Source: Naegleria gruberi
Lineage: Eukaryota
Direction: 5' to 3' (one strand)
DNA length: 64,000 nt
Assembly (NCBI GenBank): GCA_000004985.1
Contig: GG738845.1
The notes beneath the pieces were generated by a model. It was not told the DNA's origin. It made no database searches and was given only the letters and a program-made list of their open reading frames with translations. Both the position numbers and the translations under genes were made by a program. This document shows positions 1-10,699 of the stretch, one piece after another; position 1 is the first letter of the stretch; every line of letters begins with the position of its first letter.

Positions 1-2497
1 TATTCATAATGTAATAGCTTAACAATAATTCATTCTTCTTCTCTTTCTTCAAATATTGTTCAATCCACAAACTTTCCATTTCATCAAATGGGAATATAGA
101 AAGCAAATCAATGAAACAATTTCCAATCAAGGAGTAGTAAAGCATACAGTAGAATGTTCTTCTCTTCTCACTTTCATCCTCCATACTTCTGCAATAATCA
201 AAAGCCAAGTGATACATATCATTAGTTAAATATATTAAGACTTGAATATTGGAATCAATTGAATACTTCGATGAAGTGGTTATATCCATGTCGGAAGTGT
301 TCGAAGTAGTTGAATCAGACAAAATGTTTAACAAACGCTGTGCTGAATTAAATGAGCAAGATTTGATTAAAATACTGAGTATACTTGAAACCCATTCATC
401 CAATTCACTGAAAGAACTTTCGCTATTGTTAATAAATAAGTTCGAAAGGTAATGAATAGCTTGATTAAGAATTGAGTCTTGGGTACGTTTAGTGTCCAAC
501 AGCCATAATCCAACAGCAAAGTGTTGATATGGAGCTGGAATGTTGAATTCCTTAGCATACTTATTTAAAATTGAAACGTCATTACCATTTGAATGTGAAT
601 GGTTATTATCAATAATTAAATAGAATATAATTAAATGTTTGAGTTGGAGTGAAATATTACTATTATAGATTTGTAAAATGAAATTTTTCAAATCTTTTGG
701 TGGATATTCTACTTGGCATTTCTCTGCCATATGTTCTATTAAAAAGTTTTTAGTGTTAGTAACATTATGAGTAGGTACCATATCGCTGTCAACACTAGTA
801 AGATTCATAATATTCAAAATAGAATTGAATTCATCTTCACTAACATTGATCTTGTTGATAGGGAATGGTTGTTCTTTTCTTTGATCCCACTCGGTTTGTA
901 ATTGGGTATAATTGTAAATATTAGATGTCATTGGTAATAAACCATTTTGAATTAACCATATCATGGTTTTAGCATATTCCACCTTGAAGGTGATAGTCTC
1001 CTTATATTTTACTAGGCTAGGAGTATAGTCATCACCAACATTTTCAATTAACTTAGCTCTATGAATTATTGATTGAATAAGCAAACATAAGGTTTCAAGT
1101 TTGCGAATTGATTTTTGTAACACCTTTTTGCATTCCTGTAACACAAGTGGAGGAGTTGTACGATTTGTATTTTCAAGTAATTGTTGTAAATTTTTTTCCA
1201 ATTCAGAAAATTCGTATTCTTGTGTATTCTTGATCCAAATAGTAATATCCTTAATATCGTGGACGATAAATCTTTGTTTAATACTTTGACTTGTACTCAT
1301 TGGAGCATCGTTATTGAATGGTAATATCAAATCCTCTTGATTTAATACAGTTCCTTCGATATATTCTACCAATGTTGATATTAAATTATTATTGTACAAA
1401 TCTTCGAACAAGTTGTTCATGTTAGATCTGTATTGATGTAATAATTTTTGTAAGGAAGGATTGGCTATCAAGGTATTGTCATTTTTCATTGTGATAGTAT
1501 GAATAGATTGATTTGTCAATACACTAATCTCCAGTCTTGTCAAGTTATTTGACTTATATTGAACGTAATCATGAACATGAACATCCAAGATATTACAATA
1601 CAAATTTTCAATGTCTATACATGCTAAACTAGACTCTAGTTGATCAGTTAAAATCCAAATATTCAAATTGAATATGAGTAATTTGACACTACCTCCATCT
1701 TGTAGTAAAATCAGAGAAGAATACTTGTCAATATTAACTAATTTAACTTGAACCAATTGTTCAGCATAATCTCTCAAGTCAATATATTGCTTAGATTGAT
1801 ATGATTTAAAGTAATCAACAAAATAAAACATTACAAGTTCGTTTGCCTCTGTTCCAACAAGAAGAGTAAAATCATGTTGTTTGCCAATATTATTAATTGA
1901 AATACTTGTAATACTATCATTGCACAATTGTTGAGTAAATACTTTCTCTAATAAATTATTCAATATCTTGTAAAATATAATCTTTCCACTTTCAAATCCT
2001 ACAATGATTAAATCCTTTTCTTTGCTATAATAAATACTAGTTGGATTATCAAGAGGTAAATATTTAAAATTAAAATCATGATCCATAAGACCTATACCAT
2101 TATTTGTTAATACTACAAGGTGATTTTCAACAGCCAAACAATTATTAATTTCATAATCAAGATTAAAATGTCTTAATTTTCTACCACTAGATAAATCAAT
2201 AGTAAATAATTCCTTTTCCTTTGTAAAACAACAAAGAATCTCTCCAGCACTATCACTAGGTGAATAATAACAACAAGTATTAATATCGGATGGTGAATAA
2301 AATGTTGCAACAACCAATTTGGTCTCGTTATCAACAATCTTTACTTGTCTCCCTTCAGTGATCACAAAGGAAACAAAACCATCTGATGTTATTCTTCCTT
2401 GTTGAGCATTCTTCACTCCCGGAATTTCCCTTCCCAAACACAATTCATAGGGAAGCCTCATAGATAATTGATGAGTAGCCAATGAAGGAGTGGTCAT
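1..2497 (-). CDS. Hypothetical protein, partial. The start is in the window and the 3' end runs off the left edge. The N-terminus looks WD40/beta-propeller-like.
   Basis: ATG at 2495-2497 on the minus strand, read as aaaaaATGacc with A-rich context. My manual translation (MTTPSLATHQLSMRLPYELCLGREIPGVKNAQQGRITSDGFVSFVITEGRQVKIVDNETKLVVATFYSP...) stays open for about 830 codons down to position 1. The ORF track omits it because the window contains no stop. The sequence is coding-like and not low complexity. Confidence 0.5.
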   Translation of the reverse strand, partial: MTTPSLATHQLSMRLPYELCLGREIPGVKNAQQGRITSDGFVSFVITEGRQVKIVDNETKLVVATFYSPSDINTCCYYSPSDSAGEILCCFTKEKELFTIDLSSGRKLRHFNLDYEINNCLAVENHLVVLTNNGIGLMDHDFNFKYLPLDNPTSIYYSKEKDLIIVGFESGKIIFYKILNNLLEKVFTQQLCNDSITSISINNIGKQHDFTLLVGTEANELVMFYFVDYFKSYQSKQYIDLRDYAEQLVQVKLVNIDKYSSLILLQDGGSVKLLIFNLNIWILTDQLESSLACIDIENLYCNILDVHVHDYVQYKSNNLTRLEISVLTNQSIHTITMKNDNTLIANPSLQKLLHQYRSNMNNLFEDLYNNNLISTLVEYIEGTVLNQEDLILPFNNDAPMSTSQSIKQRFIVHDIKDITIWIKNTQEYEFSELEKNLQQLLENTNRTTPPLVLQECKKVLQKSIRKLETLCLLIQSIIHRAKLIENVGDDYTPSLVKYKETITFKVEYAKTMIWLIQNGLLPMTSNIYNYTQLQTEWDQRKEQPFPINKINVSEDEFNSILNIMNLTSVDSDMVPTHNVTNTKNFLIEHMAEKCQVEYPPKDLKNFILQIYNSNISLQLKHLIIFYLIIDNNHSHSNGNDVSILNKYAKEFNIPAPYQHFAVGLWLLDTKRTQDSILNQAIHYLSNLFINNSESSFSELDEWVSSILSILIKSCSFNSAQRLLNILSDSTTSNTSDMDITTSSKYSIDSNIQVLIYLTNDMYHLAFDYCRSMEDESEKRRTFYCMLYYSLIGNCFIDLLSIFPFDEMESLWIEQYLKKEKKNELLLSYYIMN

Positions 2498-2695
2498 TTT
2501 TTAAAGCAGAAAAAATTTATTCGTTCTTGTTCAAATAAGTTTTTCAAATTTTCATCATCATCTTTATTTCTATTATATAAAATACAATATATTCGAGTAA
2601 TCATATGGTGATGACCGAAATCCTTCGGAAGTTCGGAAGGTTGAAGAGGTTTTTAATAATTTAATATTTTCATCAAATTATAAATACTAAAAAAA

Positions 2696-4679
2696 ATGAG
2701 AGAAGTTGTAACGCTGCAATTTGGTCATTATTCAAACTTTATTGGCTCACACTATTGGAACACACAAAAGAATGTATTGGAAGGATACAAGCCATTGATG
2801 AATAATTATCACATTCCAAATTTTCGTCCTGAAGTGGAAACAAGTGTCTTATTCCGAGAGACTAGAGGTGGTTATTCGATTCATTCAGAAGATGAAGCAC
2901 TAGAATATTTTCCTAGATTGTTAGTTTTTGATTTGAAGGGATCAAGAGGATCTTTGAGAAAGAATAATGCTGATCCTTATCAATCAGTTGATCAAGAATT
3001 TATCAATCAACATAAGAATATTACTCGTTGGGATAAATTGGAAGTGATGAAGACTTTTGAAAATACTAAACAAACTAAATTTACAAAACAACAATTAAGC
3101 AAGAATGAAAATACACGTGAATTGGTATTGAGTGACGATGAAAGTGAAGTCAGTCAATCACAAGAACCACAACAAAAGAAACAAAAGAAGGAATATAGTA
3201 GAATAGATATTGAACAGGATTTGGAGGAAAATGTCTCGTTATGGAGTGATTATCTTCAAGTGGATTTTCATGACAAGACTATTTGTGAACCTCTCCAGTT
3301 CCAATTTGAAGCAGAAAGTTTCAACGCTCTTAATTATGAATCCTCTGAAGGATTTTCCATGAATAGTGCCTTTGATGTTTATTCTACAGGAAGAGAAGTT
3401 TTACATGGTAATTTTAGTTTGGATCAATACGATGATTTTTCTTCTCAATTAATGTACTTTGTTGAGGAATGTGATAGCTTGGATGGTTTCCAAATTTTCA
3501 CAGATTCTTTCAATGCTTGGGGATTGACCTGTACTGAATTTATTGAAATGATCAAAGATGAAGTTGGAACCAAAGTGCCAATTATTGCCTATGCATCATC
3601 TCCATATATTCCATCTTTTGCTAGTGACACTGATAGATCCAAGTTTATTTTGAATACTTGTCTCACTTATTGTGACCTCTATGAAAATGCAAGCTTGTTT
3701 ATTCCAAACAATGCTCAACAATTAGAATCTATGGCTTCTAGTCCATTCTTCTCTGGATTTGATGTAAGTATAAGTTTTAATACTTTTAGATTCACAATAA
3801 TTCCATCAATTTAATTTGAAATATTCGAAATGTTAATAGCCAAGAAAAATGTATCACTCTGCTTCAGTTATGGCTGCTGCTTTTGATTCCGTCTCTCTTT
3901 CCTATCGTCTCAATGGCCAAGGTAATAAGCAAATTGGCATGCACACATTCGCACAAGAAATGACTCCTCTTTCCTCACTTAAAATTGCCAATATTAATTT
4001 GGCATTCCCATATGCTTACACAATGGGATCATCTCTATATCAAAATTTGAGAGGTCTCAATCCAATTCATCAAAATAATCTCTTCACACCACTCCTCTCT
4101 AATATTGCCTCTGGATATGACAGTGAATCTCCATTTGCTCACTCTCTCATTCTCAGAGGTTTGAATCCAGTTAGTGTTCCACTCTATCACGATTCCGATC
4201 TCAAGGAATTGGATCAATTACGTATGAAGAAATACGGAGGTGAAGAATTGGAAAAGTACAGACACCTCATTGGATGCAATTCTCATAGTGAAATGATTGA
4301 AAATTATATGGGACAAACAAGAAGTTACTCCAAACATGCCTTCCATGTAAATCAAGCATTCCAAACACCATATACCTTCCCAAGAATCCTCAATAATGAA
4401 ACACTTTCAGATAAGGGCTTTTTGAGAGAGGCAGGCGCAAATGCAGCAGAACGTGTTGAAAGTTGTCCACTTGGAGCTTACTTGTCGAATAGTAGAAACT
4501 TTGTCCAACACATCAAGGAACTCAATGAATACTTTGACATGCTCAACGGAGGTACTTCTGCTCTATTTTCTGGTGGATTGACTGGTGCCACAACTTTCAG
4601 ATACAAAATTTCCAAAGATGAAATGAAAGAATACAAGGAAGTCATGGGCAGAATGTTTGATAATTATGAAGAATCATAA
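2696..4679 (+). CDS. Misato/DML1 family protein (tubulin/FtsZ-like, mitochondrial distribution). Two exons joined by a 76-nt GTAAGT..TAATAG intron at about 3764..3839.
   Basis: The N-terminus MREVVTLQFGHYSNFIGSHYWN matches the misato signature (MREV/IxTLQxGxxxNxxGxHxW). An internal FVEECDSLDGFQI block matches misato YVEECDYLQGFQI. Track ORF 2696..3814 ends just after a GAT|GTAAGT donor. The downstream ORF 3849..4679 is in frame from a TAATAG|CCAAGAAAAATG acceptor. Confidence 0.75.
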
Positions 4680-4804
4680 ATGTTTGTCCAATCTTCAATG
4701 TTTAAATTTTAATTTCCAAATTCTAATATGATTTCAATTATTCTTTGCAACTTCTTCACCAATATTATAAATCTTTTAAAGTAATTTTATTTACAATGAA
4801 GAAG

Positions 4805-5344
4805 TTATTTAGCCAACTTCTTTCGAATTTCCTCACTCAACCATTTCACACCATCTCCAATACCTTCCCCACTCAAAGCATTTGAGGAAACTATGGTCCA
4901 GCTCTTATTTGAAATGTTGTGTAATTTCAAAGATTCAGACACTTCGGAGGAACTAAGGGAATTTGCCAAGTCTTGTTTGTTGGCAAAGAACAGTATTGGT
5001 ATTGGTCTTTCTTTAATTTCTTTCAACAGAATTGTCAGCTCATCTTCTGCGACTGCAACTCTTACACGATCAGCACTATCAACAACAAAGATAACTCCAT
5101 CCACTTCCCCGTAAAAACTCTCCCACAAATTTCTATACTTTCCCTGTCCAGACATATCAAACACTGTAAAATTAAGTTTCTCATAATCAAAATTCTCTTG
5201 ACTGTAACCAACAGTTGGAACAACATTTGTTTCACGTTCCTTCTTTGGCTTTAAATGATTAATAATTGTTGATTTTCCGCTGTTATCCAATCCGCAACAA
5301 ACAATCTTTACACTTTCCTTCTTTTTAGAATTAAAAGCTCCCAT
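4805..5344 (-). CDS. ARL6: ARF-like small GTPase ARL6/BBS3 (Bardet-Biedl syndrome 3 homolog, a BBSome-recruiting GTPase)
   Basis: [33 protein letters not shown]...[20 protein letters not shown]...[10 protein letters not shown] aligns along its length with human ARL6 ([58 protein letters not shown]). G1, G3 and G4 motifs are present. The track's 16-aa N-terminal extension begins at a TTG and is rejected; the real start is the MGxx ATG. Confidence 0.8.
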   Translation of the reverse strand: [179 protein letters not shown]

Positions 5345-5714
5345 TTTCTTTTTAATAATATAGGTTGTATTAATTATAATAGCAAAATACAAGGTGCCCG
5401 AGCAACACAGTCGACTGAGTTTTTTTGATGAGGTTTTTTGATGGTCAAGTTCTCTACAGCTTTAAATGCGTACAAAAATGGCGCCACAATTTTCATTAGC
5501 CTTATTGATAATAAGAGATGATGGAAATACAAGTTATGATAAAGATATTATCTTTATAATAAAAATCCATACATTTAATACAATCCTAAGTAATTACATG
5601 TAAAATAGTGCATTTTTGATTCATGAGTTTCTGAATTCTACCACTACATTACTTTGTGAATCTAACTAACTTATTCCATAAAATTTACAAAAATTTATTA
5701 CAAAATTCCATGAT

Positions 5715-6722
5715 TTAAATTTCCTCAGATTTATACTTGATAGGTGGATCAAGAATAACAAATCTTGAAGCTATCAATGCCAATTCTTCACTTGGTTTAG
5801 TTCTTTCAATAATTGCTTGAATTCCACCCAAAGTTCTCTCAAGTGCCAAACCAAAATCATTATCTCCATGAATTGTATAAAAAGCCAAAAATAAAGCACT
5901 CACAACATCACCAGTTCCAGTAAAAGAACCTGGTAAACGTTTAAACTTGATTCTATACTTTTTCTGAGAATGTCTATTACTGGCATACAAGACAAGAGTT
6001 TCCTTATCATTATTAAATTCCACACTGGTCAAAACAACGACAGGAATATTATATGGTTCACTGTGGAATAAATTAATGACATCGAGAGCATCTTGTTCAG
6101 TTTCAATTTTCTTTCCACTCAATGTTTCTGCTTCGAATTGATTTGGTGTAATGACAGAGGCACGTTTCAAAACTTGATCTCTATAAATTTGAATCAATGA
6201 TTCTGGCACATATAATTTTCCAGCGTCACCCATAACTGGATCACAAACTAAATTTATACAATATCATCAATTATTGATTGTATAAATATAATTTTTCTAA
6301 TTTCTCAACATACCATAAATTAATTTTGGATTTTTCTCAACTAATGAATCATGGATATGCAAAATATTAGACAAGAATGTTTCACTTCCGATATATCCTG
6401 TAAGTAAATGAGTATAAGATCCTTCCAAATTATTCATTTGTAAACCTTGAAATAATTGTGCAAGTTCATCTCCACTAAGTGTTTGTCCCTTCCATCCTTT
6501 CGAGTAGCCAGTATGATTAGAAAATTGTACCGAATTAATAAAATCAACTTCAAAGCCTAATAATTGAAGAGGAAAAACAGCAGCTCTATTTCCAACATAT
6601 CCATGAACCACATGACTCTGAACACTCAAAACCTTTCCGTTCAAACATGATGGTATGCTAGAATAATCAATGGTTGTTGGTGCAACTGAAGACGATGATG
6701 ATGCAGTTTGTGATGAGGACAT
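5715..6722 (-). CDS. PDXK: Pyridoxal kinase (PdxK, ribokinase superfamily). Two exons with a 66-nt GTATGT..TTTAG intron at about 6248..6313.
   Basis: [43 protein letters not shown] matches human PDXK ([43 protein letters not shown]). Exon 1 ends ..NPKLIY|GTATGT. Splicing into exon 2 recreates the PdxK motif [18 protein letters not shown] GTGDxxxA anion-hole motif ([11 protein letters not shown]) is present. The start may be the upstream ATG at 6755, adding 11 aa. Confidence 0.85.
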
Positions 6723-7683
6723 TTTTTTATAATGATTCTCTTTGAGCGCATTCATAACAAATTATTCTTCTAGTCTACTACTGGTATGCTGCTTCAAGTG
6801 CAATTATTACAATTGTAAAGATGACATTGATTGAGGAAAATAGGAGAGAGTCCAAGATACTGAGAATTAATGAGAATTAATTATCTTTGTCTTTCCGAAG
6901 AAGAAAAAATCAATAAAATTGAATTTTAAAAAATGAAACAGTGTACGATAGAGTCGGATTTTTATTTTGTTGAAATTCAAGTGTAGGTTTTTAGGGATTG
7001 TGACGATGATTGTGGAAAATGTGATGATTTTTAATTTTGGTGAACCATGATAATAATAATTGAAAATATGGAATTTTTTGATAATGTTAATATGTTTTTT
7101 GGCATGATGGAATATATTTATTGTTGAATTGTTTAATTTAATTTAATATTTATTCGGAAAAGACAACAGGATAAAAGTAAAAATCAATTTGTTCAATTAT
7201 TGAATGAACAGATAGCATCATTATTTGGTAAAACTTGCATTAATTTTATGAATGTTCAGGTGCTGTATTATTCGAAAAAGAATAAATTGGCAATCAATGC
7301 CATTGATAGAAAATACTTGGTACATTTATATAATTTAATGCAATTTATTGAAAATGGAGAATATAGAATTATTAAATCATCTCCCTATTTACACACAATT
7401 ATTAGTAATAATAGATTATATTGTGACCATTTATTATTGAAAACAATAGTACAATAGAGAGTGTGCAGACTACTACTAGCTCAACATATGTAAATAAAAT
7501 TCAACACTAAATATATTTTCCAAATTATTTAAGCCATCTAGCTCGTAAGAGAGAACAACGGTCTATCTAAGTGGCATTAAGGGTCATAAGCACTAAGCGT
7601 AAATTATTTTCATTGTAATCTAAAAATTAATGAGACGTAAATCTCTCCGATCGTAATGTATTAGTACACATTAATTAAAAAAA

Positions 7684-7902
7684 ATGAGTCAACAAACCCA
7701 AGTAGTCATTGTCGATGGTTATGGTGCTGTCAGTAGCAATTGCGATTATCAACCAACAGCACAATTTGTGCCTGGGAACTATAGATCTGATGTTGAGATT
7801 GAGAAGGCCAATGAAGCATTGGCTTGTGTTATGGGTGAATTGTTTGACAATGGATTTACATTTTTGGTCAAACATGGTGAAAACTTTATTTTTAAAAAGT
7901 AA
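7684..7902 (+). CDS. Small hypothetical protein of 72 aa
   Basis: A complete ORF (MSQQTQVVIVDGYGAVSSNCDYQPTAQFVPGNYRSDVEIEKANEALACVMGELFDNGFTFLVKHGENFIFKK) with the same a-rich ATG context (aaaaaaaATGagt) seen at confirmed genes. It is not low complexity. There is no homology I can name. Confidence 0.3.
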   Translation: MSQQTQVVIVDGYGAVSSNCDYQPTAQFVPGNYRSDVEIEKANEALACVMGELFDNGFTFLVKHGENFIFKK

Positions 7903-7951
7903 GGCTGGCTAATACTATCAATAAATTGAATTTATGTTCTAAGGACAAAAT

Positions 7952-8042
7952 TGATGAGTGTGGGATTTGAACCCACGCCCTTGCGGAACACGGTATTAAT
8001 CATACCTTAACGTGTCGTCTTAGACCACTCGACCAACTCACC
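7952..8042 (-). tRNA. tRNA-Leu (anticodon AAG, class II with long variable arm) containing an 11-nt intron 3' of the anticodon
   Basis: Reverse complement: GGTGAGT TG GTC GAGTGGTCTAA GAC G ACACG TTAAGG[TATGATTAATA]C CGTGT tCCGCAAGGGCG GTGGG TTCAAAT CCCAC ACTCATC A. The 7-bp acceptor stem has one G-U pair. The D-stem is 3 bp and the D-loop has GG. The anticodon stem is 5 bp (ACACG/CGTGT), with U33-A34-A35-G36-purine37. The T-arm is GTGGG/TTCAAAT/CCCAC and the discriminator is A73. 18 nt lie between the anticodon stem halves, which means a 7-nt loop plus an 11-nt intron at the canonical 37/38 position. Confidence 0.8.
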
Positions 8043-8170
8043 ATATGCATCACAAAAAACAAGCCATTTAGGATTAAATTAAAGAATTCAATTTAATGTA
8101 AGTGTGGAAGCAAAATTAACAAAAAACATTATGAAAATTTAAAAAGAATTCAAATTTACAAATAGTTAGC

Positions 8171-9151
8171 TTAAACCTTATTTTCAGGACTTTGTTGAGG
8201 TGTTGATTCAACCTTTGGAGCAGTTTCTCTACCCTTTACAATAGTATAAGCCATACTACCAAAGATGGAAATGAAAGTACCCACAACACTGACAGAATCC
8301 AATTTGTCACCAAAGACAACAGCACCAAGCAAGCTTTGAACACAAGCCTTACAAGTACCAGAGATGGTGTGAGTGAGAGAGGAAGTGACATTAATTTGGA
8401 GGAAAGTGGCAACATTGATCAAATAGCCCAAAACGCTACTAACAATCAAAATGAAAATGAAACGAGTATCAGTAATATGTGGACTAGATAAGGCTTCACT
8501 TAAATCACCAGTAACCAAACAAATAATGAACAACAAGACGGAACTGATAATATTGTTGTAGAGCATCAAAACCCATTGGTTACTAACCAATTGCATCTTT
8601 GACTTGACAAAGATACCATAGAGAGCGACAAAGGCACTAGATAACAATCCATAAATAACACCCAACCAAGTGAAATCCATACCATCCAAACCAGCCTTTC
8701 CTAAAACTCCAATAATATAACCAATTAATACAACTCCACAACAATACAAGATATTTAAACTTGTTGTTTGCTTGTGTAAAACATAGATGAACAAGGCAGT
8801 AAAACAAATAGAGAGGGATCTAGCAATTTGATATAATAAAACATCGGCAACTTGCAAACACAAATTATTAAAAACAAGCATACCAATGAAGAGAATAGAA
8901 AGTGGAGCAATTTGTTTGGCACGATCCATATTAAATTCTGGTGCCGGAATGAAATTTGGAAGAATTGGATGAGAGGCTGCTTGTAAAATGATCGCAAACA
9001 CTAATTGTACCAAAGTCATTGTCATGGCTGGGAATGTATATTCCTTAGAACTTAAAATATACTTGTTTGCGAATACTGTTGATAACGAAATAACAAAGTA
9101 GAAGGCCACTGCGCTGGCGATAATAGATGTTGAATAATGTTTTTCAGTCAT
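8171..9151 (-). CDS. Nucleotide-sugar / triose-phosphate transporter family (SLC35-like) multi-pass membrane protein
   Basis: 326 aa with about 9-10 hydrophobic helices. The N-terminal FANKYILS motif and overall architecture are typical of the TPT/SLC35C-E nucleotide-sugar transporter family. The start has A-rich context. Confidence 0.65.
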   Translation of the reverse strand: MTEKHYSTSIIASAVAFYFVISLSTVFANKYILSSKEYTFPAMTMTLVQLVFAIILQAASHPILPNFIPAPEFNMDRAKQIAPLSILFIGMLVFNNLCLQVADVLLYQIARSLSICFTALFIYVLHKQTTSLNILYCCGVVLIGYIIGVLGKAGLDGMDFTWLGVIYGLLSSAFVALYGIFVKSKMQLVSNQWVLMLYNNIISSVLLFIICLVTGDLSEALSSPHITDTRFIFILIVSSVLGYLINVATFLQINVTSSLTHTISGTCKACVQSLLGAVVFGDKLDSVSVVGTFISIFGSMAYTIVKGRETAPKVESTPQQSPENKV

Positions 9152-9394
9152 TTTTTTCTTATCAAATTTTATTTTCCAAACTACTTTCGCGCCTTTTTTT
9201 CTTTCTTTAAGAATTAAGTTTTATTTCCAATGAGGAATTGGAAGATTTCATAGGAACAACATAATATTATTCCAGCTTGTTTTGTTTCATAATTGAAATG
9301 AGAATTCATAAATATTTACAACAACAGTAAATAAAATCAAATTGAAATCTTCTAATTGTAAAGTACCAAGTTCTTTTAAATTTATATTAAAAAA

Positions 9395-10525
9395 ATGGCA
9401 TCAGACACTGAAGTTGATTGTGTTGTGATTGATTGTGGATCAGCTTTTTGTAGAGCTGGTTTTGCAAGTGGAGATTCTCCTAGAGCTGTTTTTCCTCCGA
9501 TTGTTGGTCGACCGAAACATCAGTCTCTTATTATTGGAATGAGCCAGAAGGATGCCTACATTGGTGATGAAGCATCAACTAGGAGGAGAGGAATTTTGAT
9601 TTGGAAATGTCCAATCGAGAAGAGGATTGTTACAGGATCATGGGATGATATGGAAAAGATTTTATATCATACATTTTATAATGAGTTGAGGGTAGATCCT
9701 CAGGAACATCCAACTCTAATGTCTGAAAGTCCATTCAATCCAAAATCAAATAAGGAAAAGATGACTCAGATTATGTTTGAAACATTTGAAGTGCCTGCTT
9801 TTTATATGGCAAATCAGGGAGTGTTGGGATTAATTGATTCTGGAAAGAGTAGTGGAATAGTATTGGATTGTGGAGAGGGTGTATGTCAATCAGTTCCAAT
9901 TTATGAAGGAATGGCACTGCCACATGCCACTATGGAATTGGATTTTGCTGGAAGAGATGTGTCTGCATGGTTAATGAGTTTTTTGATGGATAAAGGATAT
10001 TCTTTGTATAATACAACAGCAGAAAAGGAAATAGTAAGGGATATAAAAGAGAAATTGGGAAGAGTTGTTTTAAATTTCTCAGAAGAAGTAAATTCACCAA
10101 CCACGAAAGAGGAAGAATATGAAATGCCTGATGGCAACATTTTCAAAATTGGAAAGGAAAGTTTTAAAATTACAGAACCATTTTTTACTCCAACTTTATT
10201 GAATATGGAATCGTATAGTTTACAAGAAATGATTTTTCAATCCATTTCCAAATGTGATTTGGATCTGAAAAAGGAAATGTACAATAACATTGTTCTTGCA
10301 GGTGGAAGTACATTATTTAAAGGATTTCATGAGAGATTAAGTAAGGAATTGAATGAAATTATTCCAACAATGGTTCATTCGAATATTTCTGCTCCACCTC
10401 ACCGAAAATATTCAACATTTATTGGTGGAACAATTTTGGGAAGGTTGTTATCGTCTCAAATAGTTGGTCCAACCTCTGAAAGAATTGATTCACAAAACAG
10501 TTCTTCTTCTTGGTCTCTCAAGTGA
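9395..10525 (+). CDS. Actin-like protein (divergent actin/Arp family member)
   Basis: [31 protein letters not shown]...[58 protein letters not shown] is collinear with actin ([81 protein letters not shown]) at roughly 50% identity over the first 150 residues. Confidence 0.7.
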   Translation: [376 protein letters not shown]

Positions 10526-10699
10526 ATACAAAGAATATGGATCCTCACTAATTCATAGAAAGTGCTTTTAATCATCAAAATTGAAAATGTTATTCTCTTC
10601 TTTTTTAAATGTAACTGTTGTTTTTATTCTTCTTGATTCTTGATGTACGTGATATCAGTGGAAAATTTATAATAAGCCACAAACAAAACTACAAAAAAA

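Noticed and set aside
4805-5392. ORF-track N-terminal extensions (MYFAIIINTTYIIKKK- on ARL6). Similar extensions appear on 43717..48192, 41032..42795, 33007..34560, 36183.., 53243.. and 60349..
   Set aside because: In each case the first codon is TTG or GTG read as Met by the track. The real gene either starts at an internal ATG with A-rich context or continues from an upstream exon across a short intron.
7450-7680. Slightly GC-richer non-coding patch upstream of the 72-aa ORF, considered as a possible snRNA/snoRNA
   Set aside because: No match to U1-U6, 5S or 7SL consensus elements, no C/D or H/ACA box arrangement, and no A/B-box promoter or terminator context could be recognised.
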